From Thermofilum adornatum (GTDB lineage: Archaea > Thermoproteota > Thermoprotei > Thermofilales > Thermofilaceae), in assembly GCF_000446015.1 (NCBI RefSeq), contig NC_022093.1:930001-962000 (forward strand): DNA of 32,000 nucleotides, read 5' to 3'. Shown here in pieces: positions 14,744-24,246 of this stretch (position 1 is its first letter; each line of letters opens with the position of its first letter). The notes beneath the pieces are model-generated. The model did no database searches. It worked only from the letters and a program-made list of their open reading frames with translations, and was not told the DNA's origin. The position numbers and the translations under genes were made by a program.

Positions 14744-15784
14744 ATGAGTGGCCTCGCTTCAATCCTAGGATGGGGAGCATACATACCCATCTACAGAATA
14801 GAGACCGCTGAGATAGCACGTATACATACAAAGGGAGGAGAAAAAGCCCCAGTACAGCGTAAAAGCGTACCGGGACCCGACGAGGACTCGCTCACAATTG
14901 CGTATGAAGCTGCAAAGAACGCCCTCAAGAGGGCAAAGATCGATCCAAAGCTTGTAGAAGCACTCTACATTGGCTCAGAAAGCCCACCCTACGCCGTGAA
15001 GCCCTCTGCAACAATTATAGCGGAGGCCCTAGGCTTTAGCAGGAAGCTGTTCGGCATCGACATGGAGTTCGCATGCAAAGCAGGCACTACAGCAATGATA
15101 AGCGTTGTAGGTCTCGTCAACTCAGGAATCATCAGCTATGGAATGGCTATCGGTACTGACACTGCCCAGGGAAGGCCGGGAGATGAGCTTGAATACACAG
15201 CAGCGGCAGGAGCAGCAGCCTTCCTCATATCAAAAACACGTAAAGATGCGGCAGCCACGATAGAGCATGCAGTGTCATATGTGACTGACACGCCAGATTT
15301 TTGGAGGCGTGAAGGAGAAAAGTTCCCTATGCACACGTTTAGGTTTACTGGGGAGCCCGCATACTTCCACCACATAGAGAATGCGGCAAAGCTATTGATG
15401 GAGGAGACTGGTCTAAAGCCATCAGATTTTAACCATGTTGTATTTCACCAGCCAAACGTAAAGTTTCCACAGAGAATGGGCGCAATGCTGGGGTTCAAGC
15501 CTGAACAAATGAAGCTTGGGCTACTCAGCAACGAGATAGGGAACACTTATGCCGCTGCCTCGCCTATGGGTCTAACAAATGTACTCGACAATGCCAAGCC
15601 CGGTGAAAGGATTCTCGTAGTATCTTTTGGAAGCGGCGCGGGAAGCGATGCTCTCAGTATTGTCGTAGAGGATGGAATCGAGGAACGGAAGGGGCTTGCA
15701 AGGCCAACGAGTTATTATCTCAATAGGTACAAATTGGTAGACTACGCTGTGTACCTGAAATATAAGGGGTTCATTTTGAGGTGA
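14744..15784 (+). CDS. Archaeal HMG-CoA synthase
   Basis: A thiolase-fold condensing enzyme (ILGWGAYIP..., catalytic-Cys region MEFACKAGT, FHQPN, SFGSGAGSD). It sits directly upstream of the thiolase and DUF35 genes. I prefer the ATG at 14744. Confidence 0.85.
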   Translation: MSGLASILGWGAYIPIYRIETAEIARIHTKGGEKAPVQRKSVPGPDEDSLTIAYEAAKNALKRAKIDPKLVEALYIGSESPPYAVKPSATIIAEALGFSRKLFGIDMEFACKAGTTAMISVVGLVNSGIISYGMAIGTDTAQGRPGDELEYTAAAGAAAFLISKTRKDAAATIEHAVSYVTDTPDFWRREGEKFPMHTFRFTGEPAYFHHIENAAKLLMEETGLKPSDFNHVVFHQPNVKFPQRMGAMLGFKPEQMKLGLLSNEIGNTYAAASPMGLTNVLDNAKPGERILVVSFGSGAGSDALSIVVEDGIEERKGLARPTSYYLNRYKLVDYAVYLKYKGFILR

Positions 15785-15789
15785 AAATT

Positions 15790-16959
15790 ATGAGTAAGGT
15801 ATATGTTGCAGGTATAGGGGCCACAAAAATAGATGAACACTGGGAAAAAGGAATAAGAGACTTAATGGTTGAAGCGGCTCTTAACGCTATTAAAGATGCA
15901 GGAATAGAAAAGAAAGAGATAGAGGCAATTTTTGTTGGAAACATGTCTTCGGGTTATCTGCAGGGACAAGAACATCTGGGCTCACTACTTGCAACATGGC
16001 TGGGCATACCTGGGGTCGCCGCAAACAAGGTCGAAGCTGCGTGTGCAAGCGGCGGCGCGGCTGTGCACAATGCCTTCCTCGCTGTAAAGTCCGGGGTCTA
16101 TGACTGCGTCCTTGTGGTAGGTGTGGAAAAGCTGACAGATGCCATTACGAGCGATGCAACTGACGCGTTGATCATGGCAGAGGACCAGGAATACGTGGCC
16201 TTTACGGGTGCATCTTTTGTCGCGCTCAATGCGTTTGTATACAAGGCTTACATGAAGAAGTACCAAGCAAAACAGGAAGACATCGCACTTTTCGCGGTAC
16301 ACGACCATAAATATGCCGCCAACAATCCGCTGGCCCAGTATCCAAAGCCAATTACACTTGAAGAGGTGCTGAAGTCCCCAATGGTTGCAGACCCTGTAAG
16401 GCTGCTTGAAAGCGCCCCGCTCGGCGACGGTAGCGCGGCACTTGTCTTATGCTCCGAGAAAAAACTAAAAGAACTGCAAAACGGGGATGTATTGGTCGAG
16501 CTTGCTGGTAGCAGTCTGTCCACGGAGATCTTTAGCGTACATGACAGGACAGACCTAACAAGTATCGGTGCGACAGTTAAGGCTTCTAGGAAGGCTTTCC
16601 AGATGGCGGGCGTTGAGCCTAAAAACGTAAATGTGGTAGAGGTTCACGATGCCTTCACTGTTCTAGGAGTCATCCACCTGGAAGACCTAGGTTTCGCCGA
16701 AAGAGGGTCTGGATGGAAGCTTCTAAAGGAGGGACAACTAGAAAAAGACGGAAAGATTCCTACAAACACGATGGGTGGGCTAAAGGCGAGGGGTCACCCA
16801 GTCGGAGCGACAGGTGTATACCAAGTATACGACGTTGTTACACAGCTTAGGGGGGAGGCCGGCAAGAACCAAGTAGATGGCGCGGAGGTTGGACTGACCC
16901 AAAATGTAGGTGGTGTCGGTGGTACGGTTGCAGTTAACATTTTGAAGAGGGTGAGATAG
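15790..16959 (+). CDS. Acetyl-CoA acetyltransferase (archaeal thiolase)
   Basis: VYVAGIGATK, the active-site Cys region VEAACASGGAA, and C-terminal GHPVGATG...NVGGVGGT. A GAGGTGA Shine-Dalgarno sequence lies 7 nt upstream of the ATG at 15790. Confidence 0.85.
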   Translation: MSKVYVAGIGATKIDEHWEKGIRDLMVEAALNAIKDAGIEKKEIEAIFVGNMSSGYLQGQEHLGSLLATWLGIPGVAANKVEAACASGGAAVHNAFLAVKSGVYDCVLVVGVEKLTDAITSDATDALIMAEDQEYVAFTGASFVALNAFVYKAYMKKYQAKQEDIALFAVHDHKYAANNPLAQYPKPITLEEVLKSPMVADPVRLLESAPLGDGSAALVLCSEKKLKELQNGDVLVELAGSSLSTEIFSVHDRTDLTSIGATVKASRKAFQMAGVEPKNVNVVEVHDAFTVLGVIHLEDLGFAERGSGWKLLKEGQLEKDGKIPTNTMGGLKARGHPVGATGVYQVYDVVTQLRGEAGKNQVDGAEVGLTQNVGGVGGTVAVNILKRVR

Positions 16960-17364
16960 ATGGCATACATGAGAAGTGTCCCCAGAGCATGGAGGGAAAG
17001 AAAAATAAAGTACCAACTGTTAGGAGGAAAATGCAAAGACTGTGGCAAGAGTTTCTATCCCTACAGGCAGATCTGTCCAGTATGCGGATCAACAAACGTT
17101 GAACAGGTAAAGCTTCCGGAAAAAGGCGTAATTGAATACTTTACAATTGTCAGAACTCCTCCTACAGAGTTCAAGGAGTATGCCCCATACGTCTTAGCCA
17201 TAGTGAAGCTAGAAGACGGCACAAAAGTTCTTGCCCAAATAACAGACGTAGAACCAAACGAGGTCTACGAGGGAATGGAGGTCGAGGCTGTATTCAGGAA
17301 ATATAGGGAGCAGGGCCCAAACGGCATCATAGAATACGGAATAAAGTTTAGACCTGTAAAATAG
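16960..17364 (+). CDS. DUF35 OB-fold/Zn-ribbon scaffold protein of the thiolase/HMG-CoA synthase complex
   Basis: Has the rubredoxin-like CKDCGKSFYPYRQICPVCGS followed by an OB-fold-sized C-terminus. Its position after the thiolase is the conserved one. Confidence 0.8.
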   Translation: MAYMRSVPRAWRERKIKYQLLGGKCKDCGKSFYPYRQICPVCGSTNVEQVKLPEKGVIEYFTIVRTPPTEFKEYAPYVLAIVKLEDGTKVLAQITDVEPNEVYEGMEVEAVFRKYREQGPNGIIEYGIKFRPVK

Positions 17365-17365
17365 G

Positions 17366-17701
17366 ATGAAAAAATTGGGAGAAGAATCCACCACACGAGA
17401 AAAAATATTGACTTTTTTCCTCGAAAACAAAGATAGAGAAATTAGTCTATACGAGCTTACTACTCACTTGGGTCTAAAACCATCAGACTACAAACGTGTG
17501 CTGGACGATATAAACCATGTGGCTAAAACTATTTACAGGAAGACCAATGGAAGGCTCGTGCTTCTAATGCAACCACCCATCTGCAAAAACTGCGGCTACG
17601 TGTTTAAGGATATGGAAAAAGCGAGATTGCCTAGTAAGTGTCCGGTTTGTAGAAGTGAAAGAATTAGTCCACCAATATTCTTACTAACAGAAAAAGCTTA
17701 G
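17366..17701 (+). CDS. Winged-HTH + C-terminal Zn-ribbon transcriptional regulator (COG3357-like)
   Basis: REKILTFFLENKDREISLYELTTHLGLKPSDYKRVLDDINHV looks like a wHTH. It is followed by CKNCGYVF...CPVCRSE (a C4 ribbon). The gene starts 1 nt after the DUF35 stop. Confidence 0.6.
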   Translation: MKKLGEESTTREKILTFFLENKDREISLYELTTHLGLKPSDYKRVLDDINHVAKTIYRKTNGRLVLLMQPPICKNCGYVFKDMEKARLPSKCPVCRSERISPPIFLLTEKA

Positions 17702-19041
17702 GCTTTCTTCATCACAGAAATAAAGAAGGCCTCTGACCTCTGTTTCTCGGGAAAAAGCCTCGTGACATTCTTGGCGAAATCGTACTTTGGATACCCGGGC
17801 TCGAAAAACAGCTTTGGACGTAGAAGTTCCGCCTTTTTCTCGGACAGGATCCTTGCAACAACCTCTTCGCCTTCTTCGGGCAAAAGAGAACAAGTAGAAT
17901 ACACAAGTTTCTTCCCGCGTTTAAGCATTGCTAAAACATTTAACAGGATAGATGATTGCCTTGCAGAATACTTTATAACCTCTTCTGTGTTGAGGTTCCA
18001 GAGAGAAAGACGCAGACCAGGGTCTGCTCCCAGTGCACCACTATTTGTACACGGAGCGTCAACGAGGGCCCCATCGAAACTCTTTCCTATACGTATGGAA
18101 AAAATTCTGGCGTCTGCGCACACAACATGTGTAGGGGACATACATTGTCTAAGGTTGTGCATTGAGTCCCTTATACGGCCCGGGGAAACATCAATAGCTA
18201 TTATTTCTTTTGGACCCGTCGGGGAACCACATAGAAGCGAGGTCTTCATGAAGGGAGCAGCGGCGGCATCAATAAACAGCTCCATGTCGGAGAGTTCGCC
18301 TGTAAGCTCGGCCACAGTGGCTATGCTGGCTTTATCCTGGTATACTCCTATCGAGCTGTCTATGCTGGGCAGAGGCTCGTATTCCGGCAACAAGAGTTCA
18401 AATAGAAAGTCGAAATCTTGATCCCTTCTATACTTTATGCCTCTTGAAGACAAGAATTCTACGACCTTCTCAATTTTCTCGGGGCCGGTTGCACGTAGCC
18501 AAACATGTCTACGCATAAATGAGACAGCAACATTTTCAGCCCGGCTACAGCCAAAGTATTCAACAAGGCGTCTAGACAACAGTGGGGGAATAGAGTATTT
18601 ATACGATACTTTTTCGACGCAAGGAAGACTTATCATTTCCTCTTTCTTTTTCTCAAGGAAATCATAAGAAATATACCTGAGGAGTGTATTGCTGAGAAGT
18701 CCACCTCTCAATGCCTCTATTCTCTTCTCGAAGTGGGGGTAGCGATTAACAAGGGAGACGGCAACCATGAAAGAGCTTTTGCGGCGGAGAGGAAGAGTAT
18801 GTTTGCCTATTCTCTCTAAGACATAGATGGATAGCCCGACATCCAGCAATGCTATTCTGGACAGATAAAAAACTGTCCTGGACTCCTGTGAAGACAAATT
18901 AAATTCTTCACGTACCTCGTTGAAAACATGTTCTAGAGATGCCCTCCACCTCGATATTTTCTCGAGTACAAGTGCACTTGCACGGAAAGTTCTAGGGCTC
19001 AAACCCTCGATAATCTCTTCTCTATCTTCTTTCTTGGACAT
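17698..19041 (-). CDS. NOL1/NOP2/Sun-family RNA cytosine-C5 methyltransferase
   Basis: Motif IV is LVDAPCTNSGALGADP and motif VI is VYSTCSLLPEEGEEVV, providing the two catalytic Cys residues. A long N-terminal helical RNA-binding-like region precedes them. Confidence 0.8.
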   Translation of the reverse strand: MSKKEDREEIIEGLSPRTFRASALVLEKISRWRASLEHVFNEVREEFNLSSQESRTVFYLSRIALLDVGLSIYVLERIGKHTLPLRRKSSFMVAVSLVNRYPHFEKRIEALRGGLLSNTLLRYISYDFLEKKKEEMISLPCVEKVSYKYSIPPLLSRRLVEYFGCSRAENVAVSFMRRHVWLRATGPEKIEKVVEFLSSRGIKYRRDQDFDFLFELLLPEYEPLPSIDSSIGVYQDKASIATVAELTGELSDMELFIDAAAAPFMKTSLLCGSPTGPKEIIAIDVSPGRIRDSMHNLRQCMSPTHVVCADARIFSIRIGKSFDGALVDAPCTNSGALGADPGLRLSLWNLNTEEVIKYSARQSSILLNVLAMLKRGKKLVYSTCSLLPEEGEEVVARILSEKKAELLRPKLFFEPGYPKYDFAKNVTRLFPEKQRSEAFFISVMKKA

Positions 19042-19043
19042 GG

Positions 19044-19910
19044 CTAAGGTAGCATCCTCTGCAGTCCGAGCGAAAGCATGAAGCTACTATAGTAAGCGCC
19101 AAATACGCATATGAATGCTCTGTCCTTTGGTAGTCCCCTGAAGACTGAAAGGGTGGCTGTTAGCAAGCCCATAGCAGAAATTTGTATAATCCTGAAGAGT
19201 ATGTTCAGAATAAAAACGTCCAATGGCAACAATGATTCCAGCAGGTTAAAGAGGGACAGGGGCAGTGTGGCTACAAAAACTGCCGCTATGTATTCTAGAC
19301 TCCACTTGGTGTGTCCACCAAGGATGCGTTGGGCAAGCTCGATTACCCCGACAAGCATGGCGACTCCGATGAGATATATGGCTATGCCTAGCAGTTGCAT
19401 CGAAGCTGGTAGAAAAAGCTGGTCGAGCATGAATATTGCACGATATGTTGCCACAGACGAAACGAGGCCTCCCAGAAAAGCCGCAACCAGCACTATGAGG
19501 CTTAGGGTTTTTTCATTATAGAGAACGGCAACTATGTTTTCGGGAACGAGAACGGGTAAAACATATTTCTCAATGTAGGCAAGGAAACCCTTCTTTTCCA
19601 TTAGCATTGAGCGGACACGTGCATCCTCGTCGATCATAAACCTGTACAGTTTTAGCCCCTTCTCAGTCAACATGTATTTGCGTTTCTCGTTTTTAGTAAC
19701 GAAGCCCGCCATGCCGTCCAGGTTGTAATAAAGGTTGCCAGTGCTGGTTTTTAGCTCTGTCTTTAGCTCGGTAAAAGATACCTCGCCCCTTTCACCTAGA
19801 ATCCTGAGTATTGACCTTTTAACTGGGTTGCTAAGTATCTCGAATACTACTTCTTGGCCAATGTTCTGTGAAGCTTCCTCATTGCTCATAATATGCTTGG
19901 TGATAACCAT
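19044..19910 (-). CDS. ArsR-like winged-HTH fused to a multi-TM membrane domain
   Basis: N-terminal FEILSNPVKRSILRILGERGEVSFTELKTELKTSTGNLYYNLDGMAGFV is followed by about 5 predicted TM helices. Its stop lies 2 nt before the methyltransferase start. Confidence 0.6.
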   Translation of the reverse strand: MVITKHIMSNEEASQNIGQEVVFEILSNPVKRSILRILGERGEVSFTELKTELKTSTGNLYYNLDGMAGFVTKNEKRKYMLTEKGLKLYRFMIDEDARVRSMLMEKKGFLAYIEKYVLPVLVPENIVAVLYNEKTLSLIVLVAAFLGGLVSSVATYRAIFMLDQLFLPASMQLLGIAIYLIGVAMLVGVIELAQRILGGHTKWSLEYIAAVFVATLPLSLFNLLESLLPLDVFILNILFRIIQISAMGLLTATLSVFRGLPKDRAFICVFGAYYSSFMLSLGLQRMLP

Positions 19911-20000
19911 GACCTGTGATATAATTATGTTTCGTGTAGTGTAAGATAGAGCACGAAGGTTAATAAATACCTGGTCTGCAACATTTAACTAGAGCAATGG

Positions 20001-20744
20001 ATGTCTGAGCCATCTGTCGCAGTTGTCCTCAGAGTCACTGATGAAAACTACTCTGAGAGCAAAGTGCAACTCCTCCGGGAGTTAGCTAAAAACAGTATAG
20101 CTGTTCAGCTACACACAGACTGGCCCATAATTGAATCTCTTGGCGTGGGAGACATATTAGACCCACTCCTCGACGAGGGCATAGAAGTAATGTCGGTAAA
20201 CGTTCCAATGAACGGCTCTATAGACTCCTTTACGTTAGAAAAACTTGTGATGATTGCCGAAGAGTCTGCAGGAAAAACTGTGATCTTTCGCGAACCCCTC
20301 AACCACACCTACCAAGATCTAAAAAGAATCGTTGACATGTGTATCACTTATAAGGTCAGAGCACTGTTAGAGCCACAATCAAAAAGACAGGCCATGAGAC
20401 AATACAGTTATATCAAGAGGCTCATCGGCGGCGCCCTCGGTTTCTCACACGTAGAGGAACACTATGCCACCACTGAGGAAATGCTGGAATCAGCCCTAAG
20501 ATTCCTCGGACTAACACACAATATCACCATAACGAATTACGATGAACAGAATGCACCAGCATCCCTCCTGACACCAAAACGCTACAACAATCCACTTCTA
20601 ATAAGGACACTTCTAGAGAAAGGATTCGACGGCTCGATAACAGTCCAATACAACCCAGACCTTGTCGATACCCCAACCCTTCTAAAAGAAGTTCTCGCTC
20701 TAAAAGAATTTATAAAAAACACCTATGAAAGAATACAGATCTAA
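20001..20744 (+). CDS. Hypothetical protein (weak resemblance to xylose-isomerase-like TIM-barrel proteins)
   Basis: A 247-aa ORF with a good upstream TATA (TTAATAAATA at 19957-19966). The alternating beta/alpha character is the only functional hint, and I recognised no diagnostic motif. Confidence 0.4.
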   Translation: MSEPSVAVVLRVTDENYSESKVQLLRELAKNSIAVQLHTDWPIIESLGVGDILDPLLDEGIEVMSVNVPMNGSIDSFTLEKLVMIAEESAGKTVIFREPLNHTYQDLKRIVDMCITYKVRALLEPQSKRQAMRQYSYIKRLIGGALGFSHVEEHYATTEEMLESALRFLGLTHNITITNYDEQNAPASLLTPKRYNNPLLIRTLLEKGFDGSITVQYNPDLVDTPTLLKEVLALKEFIKNTYERIQI

Positions 20745-20803
20745 TCCACGCATAAAAACGAAGAAAAACAAATAGCCTTAGAGCAACACGCAGGAATTGT
20801 TTA

Positions 20804-21037
20804 CTAAGTACCGGATTCTTTAGTATCGTTTTCTGGGAAAATTTCTAGGGGTGTGTACGTTGTGCGGCCACATTTCCTGCAGAGATAAAGCGGCGGTGTT
20901 AGCCCCGCGACTCCCAGCAAAACCAGGTCTGCACTACCGCAGAAGGGACAAACCAGGATGCCCCTCTTCTGTGACACCTCTATTTTTATGTCTTCTTCTC
21001 TATCATCCTCGTTACTAGGTGTTTCTCTCTCCCCCAT
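20804..21037 (-). CDS. Small Zn-ribbon protein with an acidic N-terminus
   Basis: CPFCGS...(22 aa)...CRKCG forms a C4 ribbon in this 77-aa protein. Confidence 0.5.
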   Translation of the reverse strand: MGERETPSNEDDREEDIKIEVSQKRGILVCPFCGSADLVLLGVAGLTPPLYLCRKCGRTTYTPLEIFPENDTKESGT

Positions 21038-21105
21038 ACCTTAAACCTCGTCTTTCATAGGCTACACATATAAAGGGTTTTTCTACAGGTATAAGCTGAA
21101 AACTG

Positions 21106-21654
21106 ATGTCGACAAATACCAACAGCCTAAAAACCCAAGAACCTGTGTCGTATTGGAAACTCAGAGGTCTACTTATAGTTGCTTCACTTGTCATTTTCAT
21201 TGTATCGTACCAAGTCGGATTCAACGCGAATCTTTCGCCGTCAGAAGCCAACAGTCTAATACAAGACAACACGTCCTACCTTTCAACCCTTAAGAGTCTC
21301 CCTAGCCTGGACTCTAAAGTGCTTCGCATCTTTTTAGACGAATACTCAGTTGTCCTGGCATGTAATACGCCCTTCCTAGGGCCTGCTCTCTCCATTTACC
21401 TTGCCTATGCTTCTGGAACGCTGGACAAAGCATATATGATTTCGGGAAATGTTTCTAGCTTCCAGGTAGATATCCCATCCTACGTTAATTATATCGAGTC
21501 GTTCACGTTAATACTTGCCACAGCTGAGGGATTATTGCTTTCCTATATTTACGCTAGGAAGAAAAAAATTAACTATAGCGAAACAATTTCAATACTACTT
21601 CTCCAGGCATCACTAATCTTCCTAGTAGCCTCTATTGTCGCCACGCTAATTTAG
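21106..21654 (+). CDS. Membrane protein, possibly SpoIIM/DUF95-like
   Basis: A 182-aa protein with about 4 TM segments. A TATA-like CATATAAAGG lies about 30 nt upstream. The family assignment is only a guess from size and topology. Confidence 0.4.
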   Translation: MSTNTNSLKTQEPVSYWKLRGLLIVASLVIFIVSYQVGFNANLSPSEANSLIQDNTSYLSTLKSLPSLDSKVLRIFLDEYSVVLACNTPFLGPALSIYLAYASGTLDKAYMISGNVSSFQVDIPSYVNYIESFTLILATAEGLLLSYIYARKKKINYSETISILLLQASLIFLVASIVATLI

Positions 21655-21760
21655 GTCTTTCATGGCACGCGGTTTATGTTTTCTTGAAGGCCTCAAGAAA
21701 TACACTGGATTAATTATAAAATTTAAAATAGTGAAACCGTATTAATTACCCTGAATAAAA

Positions 21761-22990
21761 ATGATTGAAGGATTAAACATCAAGACACTGGACGATGTGA
21801 ATGTTTCTAACAAAACTGTCGGCGTACGTGTAGACTTCAACTCGCCAATTGATCCAGCTACGAAAAAGATCCTTGACGACACAAGGATACGTGCACACGC
21901 GGAAACAACACTAAAGGAGCTAGTCGAGAAAAAAGCAAAAGTGGTGGTTATATCTCACCAGGGAAGAAAAGGTGACCCAGACTTTGCGAGCCTAAGCGAA
22001 CATGCCAGCATACTTGCCAAGTTCTTACCGGCAAAGGTAAAATTCGTAGACTCAATATTCGACGAGAAAGCAATAAACGAGATTAAGGGTCTAAAGCCAG
22101 GAGAAGTCCTCGTCCTCGAAAATGTAAGAATGTGGGACGGAGAAACGAAGAGCGCCTCTCCCGAGGATCATGCAAAAACACCGCTGGTACAGAGCCTGGC
22201 CCCACTATTTGACGTCTACGTTGTAGACGCTTTTTCAGCTGCACACAGGCCACACGCCTCCCTAGTCGGATTCGCGCCCGTCGTAAAACACTTCGTTGCC
22301 GGAAGGGTCATGGAAAGAGAACTGAGGGCACTCTACAAGGTAAGGAACAACCCTGAAAGACCATGCATATACGTTATAGGAGGCGCGAAGGCAGAAGACA
22401 CGGCAGAAATAATTTCAAATGTTCTCGGAAACAATATTGCCGACAAGATCCTGACAGGCGGACTAGCAGCAAACCTGTTGCTCCACGCGGCCGGCAAAAA
22501 CATTGGAGAACTAAACGTCAAGATACTAGAAGAGAAAGGCTTCTTAGAGCTGGAGCCCGAGCTACAGAAGCTTCTCAAACAGTACCCCGGAAGAATAGTA
22601 TTACCAATAGATCTCGCAGTCGAGTCCGACGGGAAGAGGGTTGACGTTCCAGTTGACAATGTTCCCAATCTACCAATAAAAGACATAGGAGTGAAGACAG
22701 CACAGGAATATTCTAAGATCATAAAGGAGTCTAGGACAGTCGTAATGAACGGGCCGATGGGAATCTTCGAGGATGAAAAGTTTAGCCTTGGAACAAAACT
22801 GGTTTTCGAGGCCATGGCGGCGTCAAAAGCCTTTACACTCATTGGTGGTGGTCACACAATTGCAAGTGCATCAAAGCTCGGATACTTGGACAAGATTTCA
22901 CACGTGAGTACTGGTGGCGGAGCCCTTATCGAGTACCTCATAAAGGGAACACTACCCGTGATCGAAGTCCTAAAGCAATACTCGAAATAA
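21761..22990 (+). CDS. pgk: Phosphoglycerate kinase (archaeal type)
   Basis: RVDFNSPI, VISHQGRKG, DAFSAAHR and STGGGALIEYL are PGK motifs. Confidence 0.92.
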   Translation: MIEGLNIKTLDDVNVSNKTVGVRVDFNSPIDPATKKILDDTRIRAHAETTLKELVEKKAKVVVISHQGRKGDPDFASLSEHASILAKFLPAKVKFVDSIFDEKAINEIKGLKPGEVLVLENVRMWDGETKSASPEDHAKTPLVQSLAPLFDVYVVDAFSAAHRPHASLVGFAPVVKHFVAGRVMERELRALYKVRNNPERPCIYVIGGAKAEDTAEIISNVLGNNIADKILTGGLAANLLLHAAGKNIGELNVKILEEKGFLELEPELQKLLKQYPGRIVLPIDLAVESDGKRVDVPVDNVPNLPIKDIGVKTAQEYSKIIKESRTVVMNGPMGIFEDEKFSLGTKLVFEAMAASKAFTLIGGGHTIASASKLGYLDKISHVSTGGGALIEYLIKGTLPVIEVLKQYSK

Positions 22991-23039
22991 ATGCACAAAC
23001 CTTAAAATCAACCTTTTTTCTATTATTTTTCGAGAAATC

Positions 23040-23801
23040 ATGAATAGACAGGAATGGGTCTTCTCCACAAAAGAGCCGATACCAAAAGGCTCCATTTTCA
23101 TTGTCGGGCTTCCAGACGTTGGTCTCGTAGGTCCAATATCTACGTCCCACCTCGTCAAGCAGTGGGACTTACACGAAATAGGCTACCTAGACTCCGAAAT
23201 GATTGCGCCCGTCATACTATACCACGAAGAAAAACCACTATTGCCAGTCAGGCTTTACGGCGGTTACAAGAAAAACGACTACATTGTGGTTCTACACTCA
23301 GACATAGCTATACCACCCGAGGCTATAAGTAGCCTGGCAACCACGCTAATCGACACGGCGAAAACAAACATGGCAAGCAAAGTAATCTTGCTTGGAGGAA
23401 TCGCCGTTCCAAACAGGCTAAACATAGACACCCCGAAAACCTACGCCGCAACAATAGACTCAGAGTCTCTTAGCGCCGCAAAGAATGCAGGCATAGAGGC
23501 CCTAAAAGAGGGCTTCATCGCCGGCATATACGCCCAGCTCCTAAAAGAGGGCCTAAAGAAAAACTACAGCGTAATAGCCCTGCTTGCTGAGTGCTTCCTA
23601 AACTACCCAGACCCAGGAGCATCTGCCTCGGCCCTACAAGCCCTATCAAAGCTTACTGGTCACGACGTGGACGTAAAAGCTCTTCTCGAACAAGAGGAAG
23701 AAATAAGGGTAAAAATGCGCGAAATGATGAAAAGAACAATGGAGACAATGCAGAAAGCCGGAAAAGAATACGAGTACACCATTCCAGCTCTCTATGTGTA
23801 G
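23040..23801 (+). CDS. PAC2-family proteasome assembly chaperone (PbaB-like)
   Basis: FIVGLPDVGLVGPISTSHLV is a typical PAC2 N-terminus. There is a coiled C-terminal segment, and the protein ends in L-Y-V, an HbYX-type proteasome-docking motif. Confidence 0.75.
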   Translation: MNRQEWVFSTKEPIPKGSIFIVGLPDVGLVGPISTSHLVKQWDLHEIGYLDSEMIAPVILYHEEKPLLPVRLYGGYKKNDYIVVLHSDIAIPPEAISSLATTLIDTAKTNMASKVILLGGIAVPNRLNIDTPKTYAATIDSESLSAAKNAGIEALKEGFIAGIYAQLLKEGLKKNYSVIALLAECFLNYPDPGASASALQALSKLTGHDVDVKALLEQEEEIRVKMREMMKRTMETMQKAGKEYEYTIPALYV

Positions 23802-23812
23802 GGGTGACCTAA

Positions 23813-24244
23813 ATGGAGGAATGGATCAGGAACGAAATCGAACAATTCTTTAAAGAAATAAGAAAAATGCGCGAAGAAATGGCAAAACTGGAACAAGAGT
23901 TCTTCAAGCCTACCCCCATAGAAGAAAAGCTCCAAGTCCCACTCTACGAGGTCAAGAGGTACTCAGACAAGCTAGTGGTCTGTGCTGACCTCGCAGGGGT
24001 TAAACGCAAGGAAGACATAAACGTCACAGTGGAAGGCGGCACGCTCAAAATAGAGGCAATACTACACAGACCAATAAGCTTCGAAGGCTTTACACTACTA
24101 CGTGAACCAATAACAAAATACAGGCTGGAAGTACCCATACCAGACAATGCAGACACAGACAACATAAAAGCATCCTTCAAGAAAGGCATCCTAGAAGTAG
24201 AAATACCGCTCAAAATACGCCGAGTAAAGGTCAACGTAGAATAA
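23813..24244 (+). CDS. Small heat-shock protein (Hsp20/alpha-crystallin family)
   Basis: The alpha-crystallin domain includes VVCADLAGVKRKEDINVTVEGGTLKIEA and ASFKKGILEVEIP. A GGGGTGA Shine-Dalgarno sequence lies upstream. Confidence 0.85.
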   Translation: MEEWIRNEIEQFFKEIRKMREEMAKLEQEFFKPTPIEEKLQVPLYEVKRYSDKLVVCADLAGVKRKEDINVTVEGGTLKIEAILHRPISFEGFTLLREPITKYRLEVPIPDNADTDNIKASFKKGILEVEIPLKIRRVKVNVE

Positions 24245-24246
24245 GT

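Noticed and set aside
553-23760. Other RUGAUGA-like motifs inside coding regions (for example 553-559, 10275-10281, 10331-10337 minus, 17706-17712 minus, 20039-20045, 23718-23724)
   Set aside because: None has a CUGA D box at the expected distance of about 45-50 nt with 12-nt guide spacing and a terminal stem. All are embedded in well-supported coding sequence.
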